Origin: Convolutriloba macropyga
Taxonomy: Eukaryota
Assembly: GCF_964194025.1 (NCBI RefSeq)
Contig: NC_134474.1
Coordinates: forward strand, 20,956,001 to 21,020,000
Direction of reading: 5' to 3'
Length of the DNA stretch: 64,000 nucleotides
Part shown: piece by piece, positions 38,545-51,379 of the stretch
Position numbering within the stretch: position 1 is the first letter of the stretch
How the letters are laid out: each line of letters begins with the position of its first letter
Notes under the pieces: generated by a model
What the model saw: the letters and a program-made list of their open reading frames with translations, nothing else
Databases searched by the model: none
Told to the model about the DNA's origin: nothing
Position numbers and translations under genes: made by a program

Positions 38545-39610
38545 GTCAAAAGTAAAAATGAAAGCTGAAACTTTTCGATTTCAAAATTTCTTCTAGAACT
38601 TTGCATGTAGAACTTAAGAAACGGAATCACTAACTGAGACCAGTTGACACATAGAAACATTTCTGAGGCAAAACTGATATGGTGAAATCCAACTCCCGTC
38701 CAGCATTTTTCTCCCAGCCAATCATAAAATGTTCCAAGTTCGGAAAAGTCGTACAAAGATACTCTTCGAATCCTTCAAAAAAATCTTGCCTTGTCACATC
38801 CAATTCTCGCCAATTCGGAACTGTCAAATTTTTAATTGGTTTAAAATTATGACATGTTAATTCTGTCAGGTTCGGTGTCAGTGATAGCACACCTAGATCA
38901 AACACCTTTGGAAACCAGTGGTAATCGATAACAACCATCTTGACAACATTTTCAAAACTCTTCAGAAAAATGCTGTAATTCTCTTTTACTATCACACCAC
39001 CGGGAAGGAAATCAAATGCAAAAATGATAGTAGGATATTGTCCGACCTGGCAATGAATTCGGGGATCAACAGACCACTTGACATCCAATTCAACCTTAAG
39101 TTTTGTTTCCGGACGCAACAAATTTTCTTTTATCAAAAAATGATACAAAGAATTCCTTTTGGAGTTTTTCGTGAATGGCCCAATTGTAACCTGTTCCAGT
39201 TTGAACACGTGACGAAATTTATGGAGCAGCTTGAAAACTATACTCTTTTCCCGTTTCCATTGTTCAGGACGAAAGTACATGAAGTAAAGACGATCAATCT
39301 TCCAACAAGTTTTGCTGGCCATAAAATGCAAAAACTGGAAGAGATTGTAGCCATTTGGTGTACTGGAACGTACTGTTATTTTTTACCAGTCATCAACGCA
39401 ATCCAGCTCGCCGTGCAGAATTGATAGAGGAAAAATTAATTGCGACTCCGTTACTATTTTATTGAAAAATCGACAGACAAGCCTTAAACGTCGTATATCA
39501 CGATTGCTTTCATACACGAACTCTATCTTAGTTCCACGGAAAACAAGCATCTTGCAAATCCTTTCCCACACGCTCAGAGGTAGCCGAAAACAAGGAGGTA
39601 CAATATCCAT
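38545..39610 (-). pseudogene. F-box-like protein with LRR-like C-terminal region, carrying premature stops
   Basis: RLPLSVWERICKML...DIRRLRLVCRFFNKIV fits the F-box pattern. ORFs 39383-39664 and 38630-39331 are in the same frame, separated by one TAA. TPNLTEL and FPNLEHF are LRR-like. More stops occur at about 38630. Confidence 0.7.
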
Positions 39611-40329
39611 CAAAACCTTAAAAGAATGAAGAACCTGCGTAACATTCAATGACCATTCAAACATTCAATTAGCATTCAAACTGCTTAGCATTCAATTAGC
39701 CTGAAACTTTATTCTTCGAGCGTTGGAGGTTGATTTGCAACATCTGACAAAAATGCGGAAACCTCTATTATGATGAAGTTCTTTTTAAGTTACAAAAAGG
39801 CTCCACAAGTTTTCCATATTTAATAAGGCACTCAAAAACTTGGATACCGCACTATTACTATTAATACGATTAGTTGATAGTAAAATCAGCATTTTACTTT
39901 TAATCTTCCCTCTGATGCAGCTCAATTACTCATTGGCGATTCGATTGATAAAGAGTGGTAAATTTAAGCAAACAAACCTTGAAAACTTTTGCTCCAAAAT
40001 TTGTTCCAAATTTGTTCAAAATGTTTTCTTGCAGCTGATAATTGATTTAAAGCTCTACTGAAGCCGATGTCAGTTTGATGCATCTATCGATTTAAATATT
40101 CAAGCGTTCACAATTTTCATTGTTAGATGAGATGGGTCGGAACAATATGTGCAAACGCACATCAGCGCGCCCTCCTTGTTGAAGTTTGTGGAGTACTGCA
40201 TTTTTAAATGCCTGGTTTTCATCGGTAAACCTTCTCATGCTGAGGTGTCAGACCAAAAGTAGGCATGTCCAGACCGTCCCAGGCGGATCATGCTTATGAC
40301 CAAACCATCTTAGACAAAAAACCTCGTTT

Positions 40330-40615
40330 GTTCAGACTTTAGTGAGTTCAAATTATTTCGTGCATTTAAAAGCGTGCGTTCATGTCCAGACTTTCGTGAG
40401 TTCACCAGACTTTCGTGCGTTCAAAAATTTAGTGCATTCTTGCTGCGTTCAAAAGCAAGTAAGTCCAGACTTTTGTGCGCTTAAAATCTTTCGCGCGTTC
40501 AAAAGTGAGTATGTCCCGACTAAGGTGCGTACAAAAGCACGCATTTCCAGGCTATCGTGCATTCAAAATTTGTGTGTGTACAAATGCGTATGTCCAGACT
40601 TTCGTGCGTTCATGT
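40330..40615. repeat. Degenerate ~20-bp minisatellite (ccagactttcgtgcgttca)
   Basis: Repeated cagacttt(c)gtgcgttcaaaa variants. Confidence 0.7.
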
Positions 40616-40922
40616 CTACACCTATCTCAATTTTTTTGCATACAAGTTGAACAAAAAAATTTATAATGTATTCATTTCAAAAATAGATGTCTTAGGGTGA
40701 TGCTTGTGATATAGGGCATCAGTATTTGAAACATAATTAAATTTCTAAAAAAGCCAGTTATTATCCAGTTATTAAAGTGACTTTTGCAACTTCAGCAATA
40801 TTCTATAACTCCAAAATTTGAGACATTTTTTGCGTTTGACGCTATGCAAATTTAAACTCAAGCGAGTTGAGGTTTTCAACGCAGAAAGCTTTCACTAGAG
40901 TGAGCACTCTATTAAGAGTGCC

Positions 40923-43900
40923 AAATGAACCATGAGTTCAACAGTTTTTTCCTTTTTGTTTCAATTCGAAAAATTCTCGTGCACTATGTTCATATTTTTT
41001 TGAGTTCAATGATTCCACTGTTCACACCTCCGTCCGTTCACAGAACGTGTATTTTTGAACGCACGTCGCCCCCCCCCCACTTGTGCCTTCATTTTTGTCT
41101 GAACATATCGAGTTTTGGTCTGGGACCTCAGCCTGGGTCTGCTTCCTCATAGGCTCCATACCTGCGTCACACTTTGAAGATTTAAAAATTTTAAAAACAG
41201 CCCGAAAATAAAGATTGACCTCCCATGGGATCTCAACGGGATGTTTTAAGATTCCATGGTGCGCCGCTGTTACCATTGGACTCCAAAAAATGATCACCTC
41301 AAACTTTGAGCTAATAGAGAAGCATGATTTTGCTCTTCGCAGTCTTTCTGGAAAACAGCAAGTGCGGAAAAACAAGACCACTTTTAGTGGGAAAATAAGG
41401 TCCCTAACCGAAAGCAGCTCAAAAGCAATCAGTAACTTTGGCCGTAACTATAGTTTTCACTTCTTCAAAAACGGTCCCTAATCGAAAGCAGCTCAAAAGC
41501 AATCGGTAACTTTGGCCGTAACTTTAATTTTTACATTTTCAAGAGATTTCATGCCAAACCAACAAAACAACCAGTATAAAATCTGGTTTGTATTATATCA
41601 CTTATAACGGTAAAATAATTTTTTTTAATTTGAACGATGAAAACTATCATTCTTGCTGCAGTAAATAACATAGGTCTCCAAAAACTTAGTAAATCAGATT
41701 TCCTTTTTTAAGGGCCACGAAATTAAATACTTCGAAGCCCTTTATTCTTTAATTGTTGACATATAGTAGTTTTTTTTACAATAAAAAACCTATGCAACAT
41801 CTTTTGAAGTAAGGTGCATAAAAATTTTCTGTTGAGGATCAAATATGCTTAGGCAGTCTACAATATCTCGAAATGCAACAGTGAAGTGACCAAATTGCTT
41901 CGGCAGACCGTTGGACATTCTAAAACAGATTCTTAGAGTGAGAGTAAGTTCTCTATGCTCGTATGAACAATAAACTCAAAAAGCTCCAATTTAGCAACAC
42001 AGATTTACATTTTCAAAAAAGCGCCAAATATTCTCAAAAAGCAATAATTAAGTTGTCACGAAAAAATTGCCCTAACTACACGATAGTGGAGTTTTAAAAA
42101 TGACCATTGTGCAAAAAATTCTCAGCACCTCTGATAATCACAATTGAAAGCAAATCATAGCGCAAATGGTTACCGCGTATCAAATCAAAATAAAATAGGA
42201 TAACTCTAAATTTTTTCAAAACCATTCTAAATAGTTAAGAGCCAGTTTTAACTAGATTAAAAAATTCTACAAAATTGAGTTAACGCAAAATTGTTAAAAT
42301 CACTGTCAACAAAAAAAACTAAAAATACCATTAGCAATTTAAAAATTCTGGTAATAAGCGAAAAGCAGAAATGCTATCAGAGCAGAAATTTAACCTCCTC
42401 AATAATGTGGTTGATATGTACACTTAGCAATTAGTTGAGCTCTAAGAAATCTGAATAGCATTCATGTCCTTAAACAAACTTCCATGAGAATTGATCTTCA
42501 AAACATGAATTTGAACCTCCAAAGTTAAGGTGAAATGTTTTGCGACAAATAGAGCTCTAGGAACATTGAACAGCCATTAACACTCTCGGCTAAATGAACC
42601 ATGAGTTCAACAGTTTTTTCCTTTTTCTTTCAATTCAAAAAATTCTCGAGCGCTATGTTCATATTTTTGTGAGTTCAAAGTTTCCCCTGTCCAGACCACC
42701 GTGCGTTCACAGAACGTGTGATTTTGAACCCACGTCGCCCCCTTGTGCCTTCAATCTGGTCTGAAAATATCAATTTTTGGTCTGGGAACTCAGCCTGGGT
42801 CTGCTTCCTCGTGGGCTCCATATCTGCTCGCCTCCGTCACACCTTGAAGTTGTCAAAATTTTAAAAGCAGCCTGAAAAAGATCAGTTGAAGATTCATCGC
42901 ACATGGGATCTCAGCGGGATGTTTTTAAGATTCCATCGTGCGGCGCAGTTACCATTGGACTCCTCAAACTTTGAGCTAGAGACGCATGATTTTGCTCTTC
43001 GCAGTGTTTCTGGAAAATAGCAAGCGCGGAAAAACAAGACCACTTTTAGTGGGAAAATAAGGACCCTAATCGAAAGCAGCTCAAAAGCAATCAGTAACAT
43101 TGGCCGTAACTATAGTTTTTACTTCTTCAAAAAAGGTCCCTAATCGAAAGCAGCTCAAAAGCAATTGGTAACTTTGGCCTATAAAAGATGGTTTGTATTA
43201 TATCAGTTACAACGGTAAAATATTTTTTAATTTTGAATTATGAAAACTATCATTCTTGCTGCAGTAAATAAAATCGGTCTCCAAAAAATTAGAAAATCGG
43301 ATTTCCTTTTTTAAGGGCCACGAAGCGAAATACTTCGAAGCCCTTTATTCGTTAATTGTTGACAAATAGTCTTTTTTTACAATAAAAATTCTTTGCAACC
43401 TCTTTTGAAGTAAAGAGGATAAAAATTTTCTGTGGAGGATCAATTGTTAGGCTGTTTTTAATATCTCGAAACGCAACAATGAAGTGACCAAATTTCTTCG
43501 GCAGATCATTGGACATTCTAAAACAGATTCTTAAAGAAAGAGAGAGTAAGTGGTTGGTTCTCTATGCTCGTATGAACAATAAACGCAAAAAAGTTCCAAT
43601 TTAGCACTACAGGTTTACTTTTTCAAAGCTAAACAGCGCCAAAAATTTTCAAAAAGCAATCAATAAGTTGTGACAAAAAAATTGCTCTAACTATACGGTA
43701 GTCAAGTTTAAAAAATTACCATTGTGCATAGAATTCTCACCACCTCTGATAATCTCATAATTGAAAGCAAATCATAGCGCAAACGGTTAAAGCTTATCAA
43801 ATAAAAAAAATAGGATAACTCTTAATTTTTTCAAACCTATTCTAAATAGTTAAGAGCCAGTATTTTCAGGTTTAAAAATTCTACTTAATTCAGTTAACGC

Positions 43901-46900
43901 AAAATTGTTATAATCACTGAACACGTAAAAAAAAAACTAAAAATACCGTTAGTAATTTTAAAAATGCAAGAACTGCAACTGCCTCCAATTGTTTCAAACT
44001 TCACGAAAAAATTCTGGTATTAAGCGAAAAGCAGAAATACTATCAGAGCAACAACCAACCTTTTCATAAATTTAACTTCAAATCAAGATAAAACCTCCAC
44101 AAAAATGTGGTTGATATGTACAGTTAACAATTAGTTGAGCTCTAAGAAATCTGAATGGCAATCCTGCCCTTAAACAAACTTCCATGAGAATTGATCTTCA
44201 AAACATGAAATTGAACCTCCAAAGTTAAGGTGAGATCGCCCATGAGATCTCAACGGGATGTTTTTAAGATTCCATCGTGCGGCGCTGTTACCAATGGACT
44301 CCCAAAAAATGATCACCTCAAACTTTGAGCTAGAGACGCATGATTTTGCTCTTCGCAGTGTTTCTGGAAAATAGCAATCGCGGAAAAACAAGACCACTTT
44401 TAGTGGGAAAATAAGGTCCCTAATCGAAAGCAGCTCAAAAGCAATCGGTAACTTCGGCCGTAACTTTTGTTTTTACTTCTGAGAATGTTCCCACCGACAC
44501 AATTGCTTTAAAACGTTCAATGGGTCATTTCACATCTGAAATGACACCTGAAAAATTTTCCGCGGCAAAAAATTGTTTTAGCAAGTTTCTGTGAACATTG
44601 CAACAGTTTTATAACTGATACTTGAAAAAAAAGGGGAAAAAGCCGAGTTAAACCAAAGAAGCTTTTAAAATTTTTTCAAACCTACTCTAAATAGTTAAGA
44701 GCCAGTATTTTTAGGTTTAAAAATTCTACTTAATTCAGTTAACGCAAAATTGTTATAATCACTGAACAAGTAAAAAAAACTAAAAATACCGTTAGTAATT
44801 TTAAAAATGCAAGAACTGCAACTGCCTCCAATTGTTTCAAACTTCACGAAAAAATTCTGGTATTAAGCGAAAAGCAGAAATACTATCAGAGCAACAACCA
44901 ACCTTTTCATAAATTTAACTTCAAATCAAGATAAAACCTCCACAAAAATGTGGTTGATATGTACAGTTAACAATTAGTTGAGCTCTAAGAAATCTGAATG
45001 GCAATCCTGCCCTTAAACAAACTTCCATGAGAATTGATCTTCAAAACATGAAATTGAACCTCCAAAGTTAAGGTGAAATGTTTTGCGACAAATAGAGCTT
45101 TAGGAACATTGAACAGCCATTAACACTCCCGGCTAAATGAACCATGAGTTCAACAGTTTTTTCCTATTTCTTTCAATTCAAAAAATTCTCGAAAGCTATG
45201 TTCATATTTTTGCGAGTTCAAAGTTTCCCCTGTCCAGACCACCGTGCGTTCACAGAACGTGTGATTTTGAACCCACATCGCCCCCTTGTGCCTTCAATCT
45301 GGTCTGAAAATATCAACTTTTGGTCTGGGAACTCAGCCTGGGTCTGCTTCCTCGTGGGCTCCATATCTGCTCGCCTGCGTCACACTTTGGAGGTTTCAAA
45401 ATTTTAAAAGCAGCCTGAAAATGATCAGTTAAAGATTCATCGCCCATGAGATCTCAACGGGATGTTTTTAAGATTCCATCGTGCGGCGCTGTTACCATTG
45501 GACTCCCAAAAAATGATCACCTCAAACTTTGAGCTAGAGACGCATGATTTTGCTCTTCGCAGTGTTTCTGGAAAATAGCAATCGCGGAAAAACAAGACCA
45601 CTTTTAGTGGGAAAATAAGGTCCCTAATCGAAAGCAGCTCAAAAGCAATCGGTAACTTCGGCCGTAACTTTAGTTTTTACTTCTGAGAATGTTCCCACCG
45701 ACACAATTGCTTTAAAACGTTCAATGGGTCATTTCACATCTGAAATGACACCTGAAAAATTTTCCGCGGCAAAAAATTGTTTTAGCAAGTTTCTGTGAAC
45801 ATTGCAACAGTTTTATAACTGATACTTGAAAAAAAAGGGGAAAAAGCCGAGTTAAACCAAAGAAGCTTTTAAAATTTTTTCAAACCTACTCTAAATAGTT
45901 AAGAGCCAGTATTTTTAGGTTTAAAAATTCTACTTAATTCAGTTAACGCAAAATTGTTATAATCACTGAACAAGTAAAAAAAAACTAAAAATACCGTTAG
46001 TAATTTTAAAAATGCAAGAACTGCAACTGCCTCCAATTGTTTCAAACTTCACGAAAAAATTCGGGTATTAAGCGAAAAGCAGAAATACTATCAGAGCAAC
46101 AACCAACCTTTTCATAAATTTAACTTCAAATCAAGATAAAACCTCCACAAAAATGTGGTTGATATGTACAGTTAACAATTAGTTGAGCTCTAAGAAATCT
46201 GAATGGCAATCCTGCCCTTAAACAAACTTCCATGAGAATTGATCTTCAAAACATGAAATTGAACCTCCAAAGTTAAGGTGAGATCGCCCATGAGATCTCA
46301 ACGGGATGTTTTTAAGATTCCATCGTGCGGCGCTGTTACCATTGGACTCCCAAAAAATGATCACCTCAAACTTTGAGCTAGAGACGCATGATTTTGCTCT
46401 TCGCAGTGTTTCTGGAAAATAGCAATCGCGGAAAAACAAGACCACTTTTAGTGGGAAAATAAGGTCCCTAATCGAAAGCAGCTCAAAAGCAATCGGTAAC
46501 TTCGGCCGTAACTTTAGTTTTTACTTCTGAGAATGTTCCCACCGACACAATTGCTTTAAAACGTTCAATGGGTCATTTCACATCTGAAATGACACCTGAA
46601 AAATTTTCCGCGGCAAAAAATTGTTTTAGCAAGTTTCTGTGAACATTGCAACAGTTTTATAACTGATACTTGAAAAAAAAGGGGAAAAAGCCGAGTTAAA
46701 CCAAAGAAGCTTTTAAAATTTTTTCAAACCTACTCTAAATAGTTAAGAGCCAGTATTTTTAGGTTTAAAAATTCTACTTAATTCAGTTAACGCAAAATTG
46801 TTATAATCACTGAACAAGTAAAAAAAAACTAAAAATACCGTTAGTAATTTTAAAAATGCAAGAACTGCAACTGCCTCCAATTGTTTCAAACTTCACGAAA

Positions 46901-47927
46901 AAATTCTGGTATTAAGCGAAAAGCAGAAATACTATCAGAGCAACAACCAACCTTTTCATAATATTAACTTCAAATCAAGATAAAACCTCCACAAAAATGT
47001 GGTTGATATGTACAGTTAACAATTAGTTGAGCTCTAAGAAATCTGAATGGCAATCCTGCCCTTAAACAAACTTCCATGAGAATTGATCTTCAAAACATGA
47101 AATTGAACCTCCAAAGTTAAGGTGAAATGTTTTGCGACAAATAGAGCTTTAGGAACATTGAACAGCCATTAACACTCCCGGCTAAATGAACCATGAGTTC
47201 AACAGTTTTTTCCTATTTCTTTCAATTCAAAAAATTCTCGAAAGCTATGTTCATATTTTTGCGAGTTCAAAGTTTCCCCTGTCCAGACCACCGTGCGTTC
47301 ACAGAACGTGTGATTTTGAACCCACATCGCCCCCTTGTGCCTTCAATCTGGTCTGAAAATATCAACTTTTGGTCTGGGAACTCAGCCTGGGTCTGCTTCC
47401 TCGTGGGCTCCATATCTGCTCGCCTGCGTCACACTTTGGAGGTTTCAAAATTTTAAAAGCAGCCTGAAAATGATCAGTTAAAGATTCATCGCCCATGAGA
47501 TCTCAACGGGATGTTTTTAAGATTCCATCGTGCGGCGCTGTTACCATTGGACTCCCAAAAAATGATCACCTCACACTTTGAGCTAGAGACGCATGATTTT
47601 GCTCTTCGCAATGTTTCTGGAAAATAGCAATCGCGGAAAAACAAGACCACTTTTAGTGGGAAAATAAGGTCCCTAATCGAAAGCAGCTCAAAAGCAATTG
47701 GTAACTTCGGCCGTAACTTTAGTTTTTACTTCTTCTGAGAATGTTCCCACCGACACAATTGCTTTAAAACGTTCAATGGGTCATTTCACATCTGAAATGA
47801 CACCTGAAAAATTTTCCGCGGCAAAAAATTGTTTTAGCAAGTTTCTGTGAACATTGCAACAGTTTTATAACTGATACTTGAAAAAAAAGGGGAAAAAGCC
47901 GAGTTGAACCAAAGAAGCTTTTAAAAC
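40923..47927. repeat. Complex modular tandem array, including a recent 2048/2049-bp duplication
   Basis: aaatgaaccatgagttcaacag at about 40923, 42592, 45135 and 47184. Near-identical ORF pairs at 44170/46218 and 45144/47193. A ~240-bp module occurs six times. Confidence 0.93.
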
Positions 47928-50900
47928 TTTCCATTAGTTAGGCATTCTTTATTTGCATTTAAATTTTCAAAAATGTCAACAGAAGGGTTTGCTATGTGCG
48001 AAATTGTTGAGAACTTGAATACTTTTACGGTCAATTTCATTGACACCAAATTTATAGTTATCAGGACTTCAAACCACGTATTTTTCACAGAAACTCATTG
48101 TTGTCAAAACACCAGCAAATATGGCTGTATAATTTACAAATAATTTTGATACAATTATAAGGTGTACATGTTAAATGTTATCTTGATCAAAAACCAACCC
48201 GCAAACAGAAAAAAAAACAAGAAACAAAATTTTCACCTTGCTCTGTATTCAGTGAATAGTTCTCAGATTGTTCTACTTTTTGCCCCAAAATTTTGTTTGC
48301 ACTCCCAAAAAAAATTATTTTACATTATTTCTCACAACTATTTCGAATGAAGCTACAATTTTCAAACAGCTAGAATGAAGTTCGATTTTTTTGCCAATTT
48401 TCAGCAGAGCAAAGTTCACTTAAAAGAGTTTTAAACAGAACAATTATATAAAACTAGAATGTAGATGAAAAAATGTTGAAAAAGCGGCAAAGGTACGCAT
48501 AACAAAAACTGTATTCTTGGCTAAACAAAACAGAAAAATACATCATGTAATTCTTAGAAAATCAGCTGAACAATTAACATGACTATGTGGCATAAGTGAT
48601 TATGAAAGGATTTTTTGTGGTCGATAAAGTGAAGGGAATTAATTAATTCTACTAAACAAAGTGAACCGATAAATTTTTACTAAAAGACTGTCGTAAAGTA
48701 ACAATCGTGAAAAAAATCAGACAGGCAAAACAGAAATCGTGAAAACAACAGTGGCCGAAGTTCTTTTTGTAAAATACTCCCGGGAAAAATTGTTTTCGAA
48801 TCATTACTTCGAACTGGGTTTCACGCCGTTTGTTTATTGATACCTGCACTGCTCAGGCGTAGAAAAAAATCACTAGCCCAATTTGACTTGAAAATGACTT
48901 CAAAATAACAAAAACGGATGAGCAAAGAAGATCAAATAAGAACCAATTTTAAACTGTCCAACTAGGAGCTTATAAAAAGCTACTGATTAGATAAAGCTGC
49001 CTAGTATGCTTCAATTGGTCAGTACAAAACCTAATGAACAGGAAACAAACTTCAAGCTGAAAATGAAGGAAAAAAATTTACGAATTTTTTGAACAATTGT
49101 ATTTTTTGAATCTCAAGATTACAAAAAGAAGACATTTTTGTATAACGAATGTTTTGTCATTTGCCTGTCAATCGTTCCTATGGACTCAGTTATGACTTAA
49201 TACATATTTTACCTCAGTTTTTACAAGTTCAATATGAGTTATGTTAAGGACGGTCGAAGAATTTTTCAACTTAATGAACAACTATGAAACCTGACAACTC
49301 TGAAATCATTACTTTTTCCCTGCGTCATAAAGATAATAAACTAAAAGTTGTTATAATAGCAGGTAACAGAAAAAAGTAGGTCAAACTGAAAAAAAAAATG
49401 ATTCAAATATGAAAAATAATAACAACTCATTTTAAATGCGTATCAATCAAAGTCAACTGAAAACAATGCAACTTTTTGGCACCACATTGCTCCGCAGGAC
49501 AGATTAGAACTATTTCACTCCTTATATAGCACGTTTCAGAACATTTTTCCAAAAAAATTAGGGGGGAAATCTAACATCGAAAGAAATAATTACTACTTGT
49601 AGCAATAAAAATTTACTTTTAATTTAATCATGATTTTCTTAAATTCAGGTTTAATCGACTCTTAAGGCCGCTGAGCATGAAATAAACTTATCAAGTTAAC
49701 TTGAATCTGTGTGATCAACCTACGATCATCTATCTACTTTTCTATTTACTGGCCTCAATTAGCAAACTTGCGCTGAACAAACAGTTTAGGAAAACAATTG
49801 CAATTCAATTCTAATAAATCTCTGTGTATACATTTAGAGTAATAGCAAATATATCAAGTAACGATCAAAATTCGACATCCAACAATTACACCAAAATCAT
49901 CTCAAATCATCATTTAGCAACAAAGCAATGATACGGCTAACATTTTGGAAGTCTCAAAAGTAATACTGAAATCAGATGGAATAATTTGGATCTGCTTCCT
50001 TATTATTCTTTGTTGAAGAGGTCGAGAGTTTGCCCTCGGGTATGAAAAATGAGATATGACTTATTTATTCAGGAGCAATTTGCCTAAAGCTACTAATTCA
50101 AAGACTTCGCCGAATTTATCATGAAGTACTGATTATCATTTACTAGTGACACATTTCCCATCATCGTATAATTTTAATTTTTTTGGCAATTTGAGCAACC
50201 TCAAGGCGATAAGACTAACAATCCCATTATTGCAAAGTCTACATTGTTTTTGGACTTCTGGAAACAGTTCCGGATATTAAAAGAATTATAGTTCTATAGA
50301 ATGAGAGGTTTTGGTTTTGAGCTAAATTTACAGATGTGAACGAACAAAATAGTAAATAGAATCGTCACTTGCATCTAATCGAATTGGAGTATAGTCACTA
50401 CTGAATCATCGTGTGTAAGTTTAATACACCACAATTCAAAAAAAAAACGCCAATATTGAAGACAGTTAGAAGTCAAATTTTTTAGTACATACTTTATCTA
50501 CAAGTTGCACATCCTAGCGTACAAAACCGCATTTTTTTCCCTTGAAGGTTGTGAAATTCATCATAAAACCATGAGTAAACTTTTTCAATGCATTTTACTT
50601 TACTATTAATATTATCTACAAAATAGAAGTAACAATGTTTATTTCTTTGTTTGATGGAAATTGACCGGGCTTATGCAGAAAATTAAGTCGAATATCGTGG
50701 AAATTACCAGGTGGGCAAATGAAATCTCAAGATTTAATTTACAATTTTATACCATTTAATGGTCAAATTTGACATTCTAGAGGTCACTGGACGATACCGT
50801 GTATAGCACCATGCTTTATTTGTCAAAATTACACTGTAGGGCAGGTCAAAAAAGATACATCTTAATTGTTTCAAATATACTCAAACGTGCATTGTATATT

Positions 50901-51379
50901 TTGATATCCATTTACATATAAAGCCCAACATAAAATAATGGGGTATAGCTAGCTCTAGCTGTGGGTCAAACAATACTAGGGGATTTTGGTACCTTAATTT
51001 CATAAATACGGGATACGACACGCTATAATTATCAATCCTTTTTGACAAAATGCGCAATTTTTTTAGCAGCTATTGTTTATATAGCACTACTCATAAATGT
51101 GAAAAATTTCCTGATCTTCCATGAAAAAGGTTTTTATAGCAGCAGCAAACATCATGACCGGATTAAAGAAGTCAAGATGAAAGCAGAATGATATCAATTT
51201 TCCGCAATAGATTTACGCGCGGAAGTTTGACTTTAGCGCGCCACGGAGGACTGTGATATCAATTAGTGGGGGAATACATGTTTGGTGACGCATTTGTTTC
51301 AAATTCTAGAAACATGTTTTCTGAAAAATTTGGTACATTTCAGCCATCCGAGGGTTTTTTATGCAGTGATTGGGTTTAA

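Noticed and set aside
39362-39385. 24-nt GT-AG intron that would remove the F-box stop codon
   Set aside because: Much shorter than any other intron here (66 nt or more in the conserved genes); a nonsense mutation is simpler.
38918-39424. 168-aa plus-strand ORF
   Set aside because: Antisense shadow of the F-box-like frame.
41022-47456. Recurrent 68-119 aa ORFs in the modular array
   Set aside because: Frames are not preserved between diverged copies and there are no recognisable motifs.
49620-50140. Possible plus-strand exon relics
   Set aside because: Splice-like sites are present, but the frames contain stops and resemble nothing I recognise.
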